Below, one piece after another: positions 12,344-25,837 of a stretch of DNA of 64,000 nt. Positions within the stretch are counted from its first letter, which is position 1; each line of letters opens with the position of its first letter. The notes under the pieces were generated by a model, which saw only the letters and a program-made list of their open reading frames with translations, searched no databases and was not told the DNA's origin. Position numbers and translations under genes: made by a program. The DNA is from Octopus sinensis (taxonomy: Eukaryota), in NCBI RefSeq assembly GCF_006345805.1, contig NC_043003.1, forward strand, positions 94,984,001 through 95,048,000. The letters are read 5' to 3'.

Positions 12344-13135
12344 CTATATATATAAACGGCAGTTTGTCTGTCTGTGTGTCTGTCAGGTTGTACCCTCACC
12401 CTGACCACGGCTTTCAACCGATTCTGGTGAAACTTGACACACACGTAGCCCAATGTCATAATTCAAAACTAACGCAGCAAAAATTTTGAAAAGTTCCCCC
12501 AGTTCTGAAACAAAATCGATAAATTCGACATGGGTCGAGAATCTAAGCTTTTTATATGCAACACATTTTCTACAGACTGTCTAGGGGACGCAACTCAACC
12601 TTTTTAACTCCTGGAACACGTGGGGTAAGTATCCCAAAATGTATAAAAATGTACAAAAACGGCAAAAAAGCGGGCAGCAATGTGAGTGACAACAACGAAA
12701 AAGTCAAAAGTGACCAAACTGAACAAACGAATGGAAAAGGTTTTTTGGTGCACACGACAAAAGCGGTTTATAATAAACCAAGAGTTTGCAAGTAGCGTCC
12801 GAGGACCCTTAGGGTACGTCAAAAATTTAAGGTAAAACGTTTGGGGTGGTAATTATAAAGAAAGTGTAAACAAAAAAAGTATTTAACTTGCGGCTGCAGC
12901 AGCTATTAGCAGAAGTGGCGGTGTTGGGGGTAAAGTCTCGAATGTAATTTCTTCCTGGTAGGAATTGGTTGGGTTGAATTATCGATAGCTGTTTGATAGT
13001 TATTTGGGAGTGAAGAGAAGACATTGCAACCTACACATGCGCCTTCGTTCCCTAGAGGGAAAGGAGTAGATTGGGATTAGTCGTTGCCTACTAGGGGCTC
13101 TTACATACCCGGGCAACGGCGGGCTATGCTGCTAG
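12344..13135 (+). mobile_element. Non-autonomous Helitron
   Basis: 5' CTATATATATAAACGGC; 3' hairpin CCCGGGCAACGGCGGG then CTAG (13132-13135) and T. Confidence 0.75.
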
Positions 13136-13339
13136 TTACTGTTAAAATCTCCAAACCATTAATAATAGTTGTTTAACTTCTGTGTATTGCTTAGGTCTAA
13201 AGGATTCAGGACTAGATCATTATTATAGATGTTCAGTCCACTTGTAATTGAGTATATCTTTTGTTAGAAAAGTTGCAATTGTGACTATCGAGTCTTTCAT
13301 TCTAACATAGTGTATCTTACGTTTCATTATTCATTGCTC

Positions 13340-13696
13340 AGGTTTGTTTTGACCCTTTAGAATTGGAATTTTTGAAAAGTAAAAATTTTGAATTATGTAG
13401 CTTGTAATTGAGTATGTCTTTTGTTATACACTGAAAAATGGTGACACAGCAGTAAAAAAAATCGTAAAAAATAGGGATTTTCATTTAAAAAAAAAGCACC
13501 TTTTTGATGTAAATAATTTTTGGTGTTAACATGGTCAGATTTGAATTTTTTCCTCTACAGAAGGAAGAGCAAGCCTTCTTCTATCATACTCTTAATTTTG
13601 GTCAACTTGCGCCGCAGGGTCTCGGGGGAGATAGTGTTAGTTGAAGGCTACCAAACCTGCCATACACAAACAACTTAAGCTTTATATATATAGAGA
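13340..13696 (-). mobile_element. 3'-truncated Helitron, inverted relative of 7400-7796
   Basis: Reverse complement aligns with about 7400-7755; 5' A|TCTCTATATATATAAAGC. Confidence 0.7.
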
Positions 13697-14078
13697 TTTA
13701 GGTTGGCCTAGATTCAGCAGGTTTATGACCAAAGAAGTCCTGATAATGATCATTTCTACTATAGGCACAAGGCCTGAAATTTTATGGGAGGGGGATAGCC
13801 AATTATATTGGCCCCAGTGTTTCACTGGTACTTAATTTATCAACCCAAAAGGATGAAAGATAAAGGTGACCTTGACAGAATTTGAACTCAGAATGTGAAA
13901 ACAGATGAAATACCACTAAGCATTTTGCCCAATATGCTAACGATTCTGCCAGCTTGCTGCCTTAGAAGTCCTGATAATAATAATCTCAACTTTTATTTGG
14001 ACACTGTATGTCTTGGACTACATTATCTAATTTGTCCTTTCTTGTTTTCCATCAGTTTATGTAAAACTCTGACACATA

Positions 14079-14491
14079 GGCGCAGGAGTGGCTGTGTGGT
14101 AAGTAGCTTGCTAACCAACCACATGGTTGCAGGTTCAGTCCCACTATGTGGCATCTTGGGCAAGTGTCTTCTGCTATAGCCCCGGGCCGACCAATGCCTT
14201 GTGAGTGGATTTGGTAGACGGAAACTGAAAGAATCCCGTCGTATATATGTATATATATATATATATATATGTGCGTGTGTGTTTGTGTGTCTGTGTTTGT
14301 CTCCCTAGCATTGCTTGACAACCGATGCTGGTGTGTTTACGTCCCCGTCACTTAGCGGTTCGGCAAAAAGAGACCGATAGAATAAGTACTGGGCTTACAA
14401 AGAATAAGTCTCGGGGTCGATTTGCTCGACTAAAGGCGTTGCTCCAGCATGGCCGCAGTCAAATGACTGAAACAAGTAAAAGAGTAAGAGT
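14079..14491 (+). mobile_element. SINE family A
   Basis: Head GGCGCAGGAGTGGCTGTGTGGTAAG...GGTTCAGTCCC, internal TA/TG microsatellite, tail (AAGAGT)n; other + copies at 21979-22392 and 37228-37660, older ones at about 16843, 24143, 43862, 60187. Confidence 0.9.
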
Positions 14492-14755
14492 ATCAGATTT
14501 GTTAATTCTAAGGAATTCTAATAATGACCTTCGCAAGTTTGATTCAGACACAGTGTATCTAGGACTATGTTATGAAACGTCCTTCCTTGTTTTTGTTATT
14601 TAGCCTGTATCAATCTTGTTCTAGCTGATCTTATGATCAAAGGTTTTCCAGCTATGACAATCCTTTCTTTTGTTCAGGCATAACATATCTAGGACTGCAG
14701 TTTCCTGTCTGTTTCTCCTTTTTTTTCATTTTTTAAAATATTTTATTAATATGGT

Positions 14756-15156
14756 TACTCTTTTACTTGTTTCAGTCATTTGACTGCGGCCATGCTGGAG
14801 CACCACCTTTAGTCAAGCAAATCGACCCCGGGACTTATTCTTTGTAAGCCCAGTACTTTATCTATCGGTCTCTTTTGCTGAACCGCTAAGTTACGGGGAC
14901 GTAAACACACCAGCATCGATTGTCAAGCAATGCTAGGGGGACAAACACAGACACACAAACACATACACACACATACATATATATATACATATATAAGACA
15001 GGCTTCTTTCAGTTTCCGTCTACCAGATCCACTCACAAGGCATTGGTCGGCCCGGGGCTATAGCAGAAGACACTTGCCCAAGATGCCACGCAGTGGGACT
15101 GAACCCGGAACCATGTGGTTGGTTAGCAAGCTACTTACCACACAGCCACTCCTGTG
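14756..15156 (-). mobile_element. SINE family A, antisense
   Basis: Reverse complement of 14079-14491; other - copies at 16014-16426, 24554-25110, 52470-52875. Confidence 0.9.
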
Positions 15157-15199
15157 TATAATTTGATGGAAATTTGCTTATTAATTGTAGCAGATTAAA

Positions 15200-15530
15200 T
15201 AGTTATGTTGAGGCTCTTCCATTAGCTGTGGTAGTAAATTTGATTCCCAGTCTGGGCTGCGTGTTGTGTTCTTGAGCAAACCCTTTATTTCACGTTACTC
15301 CAGTTCATTTAGCTGTAGAAATGAGTTGCAATGTCACTGATGCCAAGCTGTATCAGCCCCTTTGCCTTTCCCTTGGATAACATTGGTGGCATGGAGCGGG
15401 GTAGCTAGTATGCATGGGTTCACTGCCAGTCTTCCATAAAAAAAACAACCCTGCCCTGACTTGTGCATTGGAAGGGAACTTCCTAGGTGCAATTTCATGG
15501 TCATTCATGACCAAAGGGGATGTTTACTAT
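15200..15530 (+). mobile_element. SINE family D (CORE-like central domain)
   Basis: CTTGAGCAA..C..TATTTCACGTT.CTCCAGTTCA..CAGCTGTAGAAATGAG resembles the CORE domain; copies at 33770-34089 (-), 59750-59980 (+), 60800-61125 (-). Confidence 0.65.
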
Positions 15531-16424
15531 TTTACCCTTTACTTGCTAAGGGAAAATGGATGTAAATTATAATGACCCTCACAGCTAGGTTACCCAGTAC
15601 TCATTCAATTTGAACAATCCATTACACTGTCAAATTCCTCTACTCTCCTAAATAATTATGTAATTCTAGTGACACCAAAGTTAATATACAGTAATTTTCT
15701 CAATTTATGTGCCCCCTTCATCATGTATTTCTAATTAATAATTAAAGGATGTGTATGAGTATAATGAAGGCTTTAGTGTTTTTGTCTACTTACAACATTA
15801 GTGAATACATATAAGTGTCAGTTAAAACAGACAAGTAGGTTTCTTTTGTTTTCATGGGAAGTAAGTGTAAAACAATTACATTGTGTATGAGAGATGATAG
15901 CCATTTGAAATACACATAACATGATTGTATGATAAAATACTGAATATAATGGTGTGCTATCTATCTATCTATCTGTCTGTCTATCTATCTATCTATATAT
16001 ATATATATATATATACTCTTTTATCTTTTACTTGTTTCAGTCATTTTGACTGCGGCCATGCTGGAGCACCACCTTTAGTCGAGCAAATTGACCCCGGGAC
16101 TTATTCTTTGTAAGCCCAGTACTTATTCTATTGGTCCCTTTTGCCGAACCGCTAAGTGACGGGGACGTAAACACACCAGCATCGGTTGTCAAGCAATGCT
16201 AGATGGACAAACACAGACACACAAGCATATACACGCACATACATATATACATATACATATATATGACAGGCTTCTTTCAGTTTCCGTCTACCAAATCCAC
16301 TCACAAGGCATTGGTCGGCCCGGGGCTATAGCAGAAGACACTTGCCCAAGATGCCGCGCAGTGGGACTGAACCCGGAACCATGTGGTTAGTTAGCAAGCT
16401 ACTTACCACACAGCCACTCCTGCG

Positions 16425-16473
<49 letters not shown>

Positions 16474-18789
16474 TCATTTATTTATCTGTTTGTCTATCTA
16501 TCTACTTACCTATCTATTTACCTATCCCTCTACCTACCTGTCTGTCTGTCTATCCATCAGTGCTCCTTTGGCATATGATCTACTAGGGAGATTACTTTAG
16601 GTTACTTTTTAGTTTGTGTTAGTGCTACTTTCCGTGTGATCTGCATGAGCAAATTTACTTTGGTGGGTGATCTATGTGCTTATTTTAATTATTATATGGT
16701 TTTCTTATTATAAATAGAAAAAATGTTTAAAAACTGCATTTACAATGTTAAATATGTACAAAATAATTTAAAAAGTAACCTAAAGTAGATCATACACCAA
16801 AGTAGAACCCATCCATCCATCATATTATATTATACAAGGTACAAGCATGGTTGTGTGGTTAAGAAACTTGCTTTGTACCCACATGGTTTTGGGTTCAGTT
16901 TCTCTGTGCTGTGCTTTAGGTAGATGTCTTCTATAGCTCTACTCTGACTGATGTCTTAGGAGTGAATTTGGTAGATGGAAACTATGTGAAAGTCAATTTG
17001 TTTGTGTCTTTGTGGCAACTAGTGTTGATTCGTTTACGTTCCTGTAACTTAGTAGCTTATGAAAAGGGAGAGACTTGCAGAATAAGTACCAGACTTTTAA
17101 AAAAAAAAGGTACAGCTTTGATTTGTTTGACTAAAATCCTTCAACACATTTCTCCAGCATGGTCGCAGCCCAATGACTGAAATAAGTACAAGATTAAAGA
17201 AATATGTAAGTGTGTGTTTTAAATGAGTAAGCAATCATGACTTTTCATGCAGTGTCTGTATTTTTTTTTATATATTAAAACATAGTCTGAGATCAAGTTG
17301 CCAACAATTAGAACTCTGAAATAAAATATATAGATAGTGGGTAAAATAAAATATATAATGGAATATAGTGTAGATAAATGTATTGAGAAAAAATGCAAAC
17401 TAGAATATCTGTTGTGTTGAACAAAATGAGATATAAAGAGCATGTTTGAAAAGAACACAGCTCAAATATTATTTTCACTATTGGACTGAACTTGATACTT
17501 GGCGCCAGATGATAATCTGGTACTTTTCTTCATGACTAATGACACTGCTGGCTGTTTTTTGATTATTTTAGTAGTGTGATGTAAATCCTCCCGTATCTGT
17601 TACCATTAGAGGATGATACTGTTACTTAGAAAGAATACATACCAATGTTTTTCCATTATAAGCATTCTCTGAAATCTCTGTTTTCATATCAAAGAAAAAT
17701 ATGTATGTAACTAATATTACTCATCATTGTTGTCATCATTGTCATCATCATCAAATTTACATTGACTTTCCCATGCTTGCATGGAATTTGTTGAAGCAAA
17801 TTTTTCTACAGTTGTATGCCTTCCTGCTACCAACCCTTGCATGTTTCTAAGCAAAGTATTCATACACACACACACACATGTGCATATATATGTGCATGCA
17901 TGCATGATGGGCTTCTTTTTATTTTAAATCTGCAAAATCCTCTCTCAAGATTTTGGGCTTGGGCCTTGGGTTATAGTTGAAAACACTTGCCCAAGGTGAC
18001 ATGCAGTGGGATTGAGCCTGAAACCAAGAAGTATTTAATTAATATTATTCATCATCACCTTTGCCATGTTGATGTTGAAAGTGATTCAGATGTCTAACAT
18101 TCATGCTAAAATTTATTGACCAAGTCTGCATTGCAAAACGTGTGTGTATATCTTGATTCTGCATTATTACACCTACAGAGACCAATATTCTCAGGCTTGT
18201 TCCAACCATTTCCAATGCCTCCTAGTTTAATTTATATCACATCATACATATCTACCATGACTGGTCACTTCAAAAATCAATGCTCTCAGAGATTCATTAT
18301 GTCCACTTTGCCCATGTCTACTGCAGCCATTACCTATCACTTCATTCTTACTAGAAAGACAGCATGCTCTGATACCTACATAACTAGACACTTCATGGCA
18401 GAATGTTCAATATGGTCTCAGAACATTCTGAAGTCTCTTATATCTGGATTACATGACATTTTGAACTGTTCCAAAATGTTTGATCATCTATCTCTCTAAC
18501 CATAAAGACCTGACCAGGAATGTTTAGCACCAACATGAACAGTCAAGCCAGTGAAGAAGCCTCTACCTGGTCACTTAATCTGACGGAAATAGCAGCCAAA
18601 TTCTACTCAAGCTATGTACTGCCTTCCTAAAGGACAAAAACAAAAAAAGACATATTTGGTAATGAAGTCCTAGATATATATACCATATCTGGATGTCTGA
18701 CAAAATGGTCACAGGTGAAATGTCTTCAATCATAGATTTGCTCAATCAAAGCTGATTTGCTGCTAAATAACAAGTAGAATGTGTCTTAA

Positions 18790-19255
18790 AAGAAAAATTG
18801 TGTATAAGAGGCATCAGTTGTCATGTACAAGAGAGAAGACTGTGCTGGTATGGTCATGTGCATATGGGCGAGGACAGCCACATAAAGAAGTGCTGATCTC
18901 TGACTGTGGAGAGAACCTGTGGAAGTAGTAGATCCATGAAGACATAAGATGAAATGGTAAAGAACATAATCTTCAGACGTTGAGTCTCATGGAAGTAATG
19001 ACAAGTGACCAAGACTTCTGGTGATTTGCTGTGCTTGAGAAGACAAATCAAGCTGAATGAAATCATAGTTATGGACAGTGCTAGCAACACATGAAAGACA
19101 CCCAGTACACTTTGTATAGTGGTTGGCATTAGGAAGGGTATCCAGTCATAGAAACCAAGCTAAAACAGACTAGTGCAGCGCTCCAGCTTACCATCTTCAA
19201 TCAAACCATCTTACCCATGCCAGCATGGGAAATGGATGCTAAATGATGAGATGAT
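18790..19255 (+). mobile_element. Old RTE 3' fragment
   Basis: Degenerate GHV.HMGED...KKC.SLTVE...AVLEKT end followed by the shared 3' UTR and GAT tail. Confidence 0.7.
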
Positions 19256-22200
19256 GACGTTAAATAATTTCTTAGTTTTGGCACAAGAGTACAGATTCAG
19301 AGAAAGAGCATAATTGATTTAATCAACATCAGTATTTGATTGGTACTTGTTTTATTTCTCATAGGAGGATGTAAAGTAAAATCAACCACAGAAAACAAAG
19401 AAACATAAGCAAACACTAGAAGACTTCTGGTTTAATACTCTGCCATTTCCGCCTCTCTGCTATCAACTTTTAAATCATGTCATTCTTCCTCTCAGTATGA
19501 TTCCTTGTAGCAAGACATTTGAAATTCTATGACACTAAGAATGATTTTGTCAATTTTCCGTGAATCAAGAAGTTATTATTAAATATTCAAGAAAACAAAC
19601 AAATGTACTCATGAATTAGGAAGTTAATTAATTACATGAGCTATTTTTCTTTTCTTTTTCTTTTTGTGAAGAATTAAAACAAAGAGTATTTCTAAAAGCT
19701 GAAATAATCTCATTCAAAATTAAATTGTATACAAATATTAAATGTTAATAGTTTTAATAAAATTTCTGTTTATATTAATTAATTGTTTTTTTTTGTTTTT
19801 GTTTTTTTCAAGTAACAATTAGAATTAAGTACTAAACAGTGGTCGTTAACAAACAGCAATAATGTATTGTAAAAACAAAAATTGATTTTAGATGATGTGC
19901 ACCATGTGAAGCGCAGGCGTGGCTGTTTGCTTCCCATCTATTTGGTTTCAGGTTCAATCCCACTGCATGGCAACTTGGCCAAGTGTCTTCTATAGCCCCA
20001 GACCGACCAAAGCCTTCTGAGTGGATTTGGTGGATGTAAACTGAAAGAAGTCTTTAGAGAGAGAGAGAGGGAGAAAGTGTATGTGTGTATTGTATATGTA
20101 TGTGCGTCTTTGTGTTCATCTCCTCCACCATTTGACAACCAGTGTTGGTTTGTTTATGTTCATGTAACTTAGCAGTTTGTCAAAATGTGATCAAATGGAG
20201 TAAGGACCAGGCTTAAAAAAACAGTACTGGTGTTGATTCATTCAACTAAATCCTTCTAAGTAGTGCCCCAGCATGGCTGCACTCCAACAAGTGGAACTAG
20301 TAAAAGGTAAAAAGATACTAGAACAGAGATAAGTGGTTTATGGTGAGTTCTTAGCCCATTATCACATGATCACAAGACCGACCAGCTATCAAATGTTGTT
20401 ACACATCGCTGATCACAATGTGTTTTGCATTGTTTTATTCTTCACATGATGTCATCCTGCTGACTAGGCAAGTAGGCCAACATTCTCTCCCCCCACCCTT
20501 GATTGAAAGGAGGACTAGAACAATGTGAAATGGAGTGTTTTGTTCAAGACCACAATGCGCTGCCCAATCAAGGAATCAAACCCACAATCTAACAACAGCC
20601 TAACTGATAGGACACGTGCCTTTGCTAGTCCATTGTGTCACTCCGAATTCTTTACACTATTTTGCTGCAGTTTGTCTTGTACATTGAAGATCTTTTCGTT
20701 TTTCTCTTTAAAATGAAATAAATATATTACAAAAATTTAGATTTCATAGTTTATGCCAGAAATAATTCTTTAATTGAATTTCTATCTCATTAGAATGTTA
20801 TGTCCTTAATTGAGGTAAAATTTTGAATGCAATTTAGATGAATAACTTGCATACTATATTAGGTGCAGGCATGGCTGTATGGTTAAGAAGCTTCCTTTCC
20901 AACCATATGGTTTCAGTTTCAGTCCCAATGTGCAGCACATTGAATAAATGCTTTTTACTGTGCCCACTACTGACCAAAGCCTTGTAATTAGATCTCGTTG
21001 ACTGAAACTGAAAGAAGCTCTTCATACAAATATACAAACACACATAGGCATACATGCATACACATACATACATACCATATGAGCGTGATTGTTGCCAGAG
21101 CAACAAGCTGGCCTCCGTGCCAATGGCACGTAAAAAGCACCATTCGAGCATGATCGTTACCTGTGTCACCTTACTGGCACTTCTGCTGGTGGCATGTGAA
21201 AAAACATTCGAGCAAGTGCTGCTGGACTGGCTCCTGTGCAGGTGGCACATATAAAGCACCATTTGAGCATGGCCACTGCCAGTACTAAGTGACTGGCCCT
21301 CGTGCCGGTGGCACATACAATCACCCACTACACTCTCAGAGTGGTTGGCGTTAGGAAGGGCATCCAGCTGTAGAAAACTCTGCCAGATCAGATTGGAGTT
21401 TGGTGCAACCATCTAATTCGCCAGACCTCAGTCAAATCATCCAACCCATGCTAGCATGGAAAGCGGATGTTAAACAATGATGATGATGATGATGACATAC
21501 ACATACACAGGCATATGACTGTGTGGTTAAGAAGCCATGTGGTCTGAAGTTCAGCTTTACTGCACAACACTTAGGGCAAGTGTCTTCTGTGTGTGTGCAC
21601 GTGTGTGTGCACGTGTGCATTTGTCTCTTGACATCACATGATGGTTATAAACAAGTGTTGTCTGTTTCTAGTCTTTCAGGGAAAACTTGTTTGGTAATGG
21701 GGAAATATTACCTTGCTTGGAAACAGTTGACAATTGGCAACAGAGAAAAATCCAGTGTTAGAAAATCCGTTGAGAAATTCTGTCTCAGCCATGCAAACAT
21801 GGAAAAGTGGACGTTAAGACGATGAGGAGTGAGGTTATGATGATGATAATCATCATCATCATCATACTTGGCAAATAGCAGTATCATTGGTCATAGGTTT
21901 CTAATTGGCCAATTGATTATTCACTGAATTTCTAATGGTGTGAGTGATAGTAAACCCATGCTGAACAAATAATTCATAGGCTCAGGAGTGGCTGTGTGGT
22001 AAGTAGCTTGCTAACCAACCACATGGTTCCGGGTTCAGTCCCACTGCGTGGCATCTTGGGCAAGTGTCTTCTGCTATAGCCCCGGGCCGACCAATGCCTT
22101 GTGAGTGGATGTGGTAGATGGAAACTGAAAAAAAGCCTGTCGTATATATGTATATATATATGTGTGTGGGGGGGGGCTTGTGTGTCTGTGTTTGTCCTCC

Positions 22201-22639
22201 TAGCATTGCTTGACAACCGATGCTGGTGTGTTTACGTCCCCGTCACTTAGCGGTTCGGCAAAAGAGACCGATAGCATAAGTACTGGGCTTACAAAGAATA
22301 AGTCCCGGGGTCGATTTGATTGACTAAAGACGGTGCTCCAGCATGGCCGCAGTCAAATGACAGAAACAAGTAAAAGAGTAGAGTAAAAGAGTTTTGAAAT
22401 TCCTTGTTTGTTTTTTTTATTTTTTATCATTGTTGTTTACATCTTTCACCAATATACATCTTGCTTTTGCTATTATGGTAAACTGTATCTAACTCTGGTT
22501 CTTTTATTTGAGGTTGGAAAGATAACTGTCATCTATATATGGTGATGTAATTGCTTGGTTTTCTTATATAAATGTATATGTGTGATATTTGTGTTTATAT
22601 TGATATCTCTCAAGAATGATTATACCTTTATAGTGTCAG

Positions 22640-23095
22640 ATAGCATTGAGATATCACTTTATCAACTTTACCTACAACTTCTTTAGACACAGTGCTTATA
22701 GTTTTGAATATAATCCTGATATCTTTATTTGATACCTTTACAAACAGTACTGATTTCTCATATGTAGCTATACTTTTGATATATCCAGATATCTTAAGCT
22801 TCAAAACTGATATATGATAGCTTTACCAATAGCATTGTTATTACTTGAGAGCTTTGTATGAGGTGTTAATATCTTCTGATAAGATTGCTACAATGGTGAT
22901 ATATCCTGATATCTTTAGATTCAGTGCTAATATCTTCTGACAGCTTCAAATACTGTATTGATATTCTCTTGACAGTTTTATATTCAGTGCTGACAACACT
23001 TGTTCTAGTGCTGATAACACTTGTTCTCTAGAGACACAGAGTTGATATTCTCCTGACAACTTTAGGCAAATTCATAGATAATATCTCCTGATGCA
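22640..23095. repeat. Degenerate ~32-bp minisatellite
   Basis: Recurrent GATAT(C/T)(T/C)TCTGA(C/T)AGCTTTA..T.CAGTG(C/T)T-like units. Confidence 0.5.
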
Positions 23096-23129
23096 TGTAG
23101 ATTCATTGTAGAGGCCATTATGATAACAA

Positions 23130-23375
23130 CAGAAGAGATGGTGGAGGTGCAAGACAAGCCAGCTCCAAGAGTTGACATCACACCTGTGGGCCAGAGGCTG
23201 AAATATGTCCATCAATGATGAATTGCCAATCAGTAAGTTGTCCTACACTGGATGCAATCCAGGATGTCAGTGTGCATAAAAGTGGCACCATTCCAGTTGT
23301 AAGAGTAATACTCCACTGTGGGTCCCACATAAGCCTTCTAGAGTGTCATCAGCTGTTGATGGCTGAAAATTCTTT
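23130..23375 (-). mobile_element. CR1/L2-group LINE RT C-terminal fragment
   Basis: KAYVGPTVEYYSYNWNGA...LDCIQ...FQPLAHR resembles the LYKAxVRPxxEYCSxxW motif. Confidence 0.6.
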
Positions 23376-23599
23376 ATTTTATCAACTCTTTAACACAAAG
23401 TCAACCTTGAAGGGATTTGCACATACAAGTCATAACTAAATACCACAAAGCATTTAATCCACTGTTCTCATGATTCTACCAATTTGTTACCCTTAAGATT
23501 TTAATGCACGCACAAAACTTGAGATCTTTGGGAGATCTCTTAATTGATTGGTATTTCATTTTATCAAACTCAGAGGAGTAAAAGACGAAGTCAACTTCA

Positions 23600-24045
23600 G
23601 GAAATTCTTTGCTTATATTATGAATATCGAGTAATGACCAAAAGAGAATGCTCAAAAATACAAGTGGCCAAAATGGGGTTCTTCTGAAGAATCTCTGGAG
23701 TAAATTTACTTGACTAAGTGTACAGCTTGGAAATCATGGTGTCTCTTCAGGTCAAGCTACTTCCTTTCCACATTGTGAGGTCACAGATCTGGTACTACAG
23801 ACAAGTAATTAGAATATTACAGGAAAGAATCACAAAGATATATGCTTCAAGTTGAGCCAACCAATAAGAGACCTAGGGATAGACCAAGAACAAGATTATA
23901 TCTATAAACTCAGTCAGTCGCATTTGGGAATCCAACTTGAAATTATGACTGTTGCCGCTTGTAGAACCTTATAGAGATGATGCTTGAAGATTTTTCTCCC
24001 GTGACTCCCAGGAATACTGGGTGGAGAAGATGGATGGATGGCTGT
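23600..24045 (+). mobile_element. RTE 3' fragment with (GATG)n tail
   Basis: IQVAKMGF.RISGVNLLD...RSQIWY...RPRDRPRTR resembles an RTE C-terminus; stops present. Confidence 0.6.
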
Positions 24046-24774
24046 ATCATATCATAATGTTTACTGGTCACTGGATTTTTAGGTAGATTAAAAAGAAAAA
24101 TAAACGTTTATTGTTTGTCTACTGAAATATATATATAGACATATAGGTGTAAGCATGGCTGTGTGGAAAGAAGCATGCTTCCCAACTATATGGTTCCAGG
24201 TTCAGTTCCATTGCATGGCACCTTGGGCAAGTGTCTCTTATCATAGCCTCAGGTCGACCAAAGCTTAGTGAGTGGATTTGGTAGATGGAAACTGAAAATG
24301 CCTGTCGTGCATGTGTTTGTTATCCACCACCAGTGTTTGTATGTTTACATCCCTGTAACGTAACTGTTCACTACAAGATATCGATAGAGTAAATACCAGT
24401 CTTTAAAAAAAAAGTACTGGGGTTGATTCATTCAAATAAAAATTCTTCAAGGCAGTGCCCCAGCATGGCCACAGTCTAATGACTGGAACAAGTAAAAGAC
24501 AAAAGATACAAGATTCTAAATAAAAATTGTTAACAGCCTCCACAAAAAAAGTATACTCTCTTTTACTCTTTTACTTGTTTCAGTCATTTGACTGCGGTCA
24601 TGCTGGAGTTGCCTTTAGTTGAGGAAATCGACCCCAGGACTTACTCTTTGTAAGCCTAGTACTTATTCTATCAGTCTCTTTTGCCGAACCGCTAATTTAC
24701 GATGACTTAAACACACCAGCATCAGTTGTCAAGCGATGTTGGAGGGGGTGGGGGACAAACACAGACACACAAAT

Positions 24775-24811
<37 letters not shown>

Positions 24812-25569
24812 CGACAGGCTTCTTTCAGTTTCCATCTTTTCTTTCTTTGAATAGGCCTACGCAAACAGTACACATCACTTCACGGGGGTAGGGGGGATTA
24901 CTAACGACCCTTGGCGAGCTCGTTAGTAAAACGACAGTGGGAAATTAAACGTTGCCTTCCGGATTGACTGGGCAACCCTCCGTAGCACAAGGCTTTGGTC
25001 GGCCTGAGGCTATAGTAACAGACACTTGCCCAAGGTACCACGCAGTGGGACTGAACCTGGAACCATGTGGTTGGTAAGCAAGCTACTTACCGCACAGCCA
25101 CTCCTGCGCCTATAGAAGAAAATAAAACAAAAATTAAAATCAATTTATTTGATAATTTGTAATAAACTTCAGTAAAATTTGTAAATTCTGATTTGCTTTA
25201 TGCTTTTTTCCTCCATTTTTTTTTGTATCCCAGACATTGTTAACTTCTAATTCCCCTTTGTTCAAGTTAAATGTTATAAATGCATGCACACTGACATAAA
25301 TGGTTGCTTGCTTATATGCAAGCATATGGAGAAATCTATGCATAATCATGGTGCTTTCCATCTGTGCAAGTATACAAGTACATTGTGGTATGCAGAAACT
25401 CTTGCGGAGACATGTACTCATAAGACACGTATGTGTCTGTCAATTTTAAATAAGTACTAAAATATTCAAAGAAAGCCTCTGAAATCTATTTTCTAATCTT
25501 CAATTAGAATCCTTTATTTAAGTAGATTATCTATTTCAACTTATGCAAAGCTGCTTGATACATACATGA

Positions 25570-25670
25570 GTATGTGTGTGTGTGTGTGTGTAAGCATGTT
25601 TATATAGATATGCATGTATATATATATATGTGTGTGTGTGTGTGTATATATGTGTGTGTGTGTGTATATA

Positions 25671-25701
<31 letters not shown>

Positions 25702-25710
25702 GTGTATATA

Positions 25711-25765
<55 letters not shown>

Positions 25766-25835
25766 ATATATGTGTGTGTATATATATGTGTGTGTGTATA
25801 TATGTGTGTGTGTGTATACATAAATATGTATGTAT
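25570..25835. repeat. Compound (GT)n/(AT)n microsatellite
   Basis: Directly visible; source of the spurious CVCV/THTH ORFs. Confidence 0.95.
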
Positions 25836-25837
25836 GT

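Noticed and set aside
18100-18500. Possible LINE endonuclease remnant on the minus strand (KVDIMNL.EH, GGIG)
   Set aside because: Too degenerate to support by eye
24930-24980. HDV-like ribozyme in the 148-bp insert (GACTGGGCAAC)
   Set aside because: The helix order does not fit the nested double pseudoknot; no P3/L3 or J4/2
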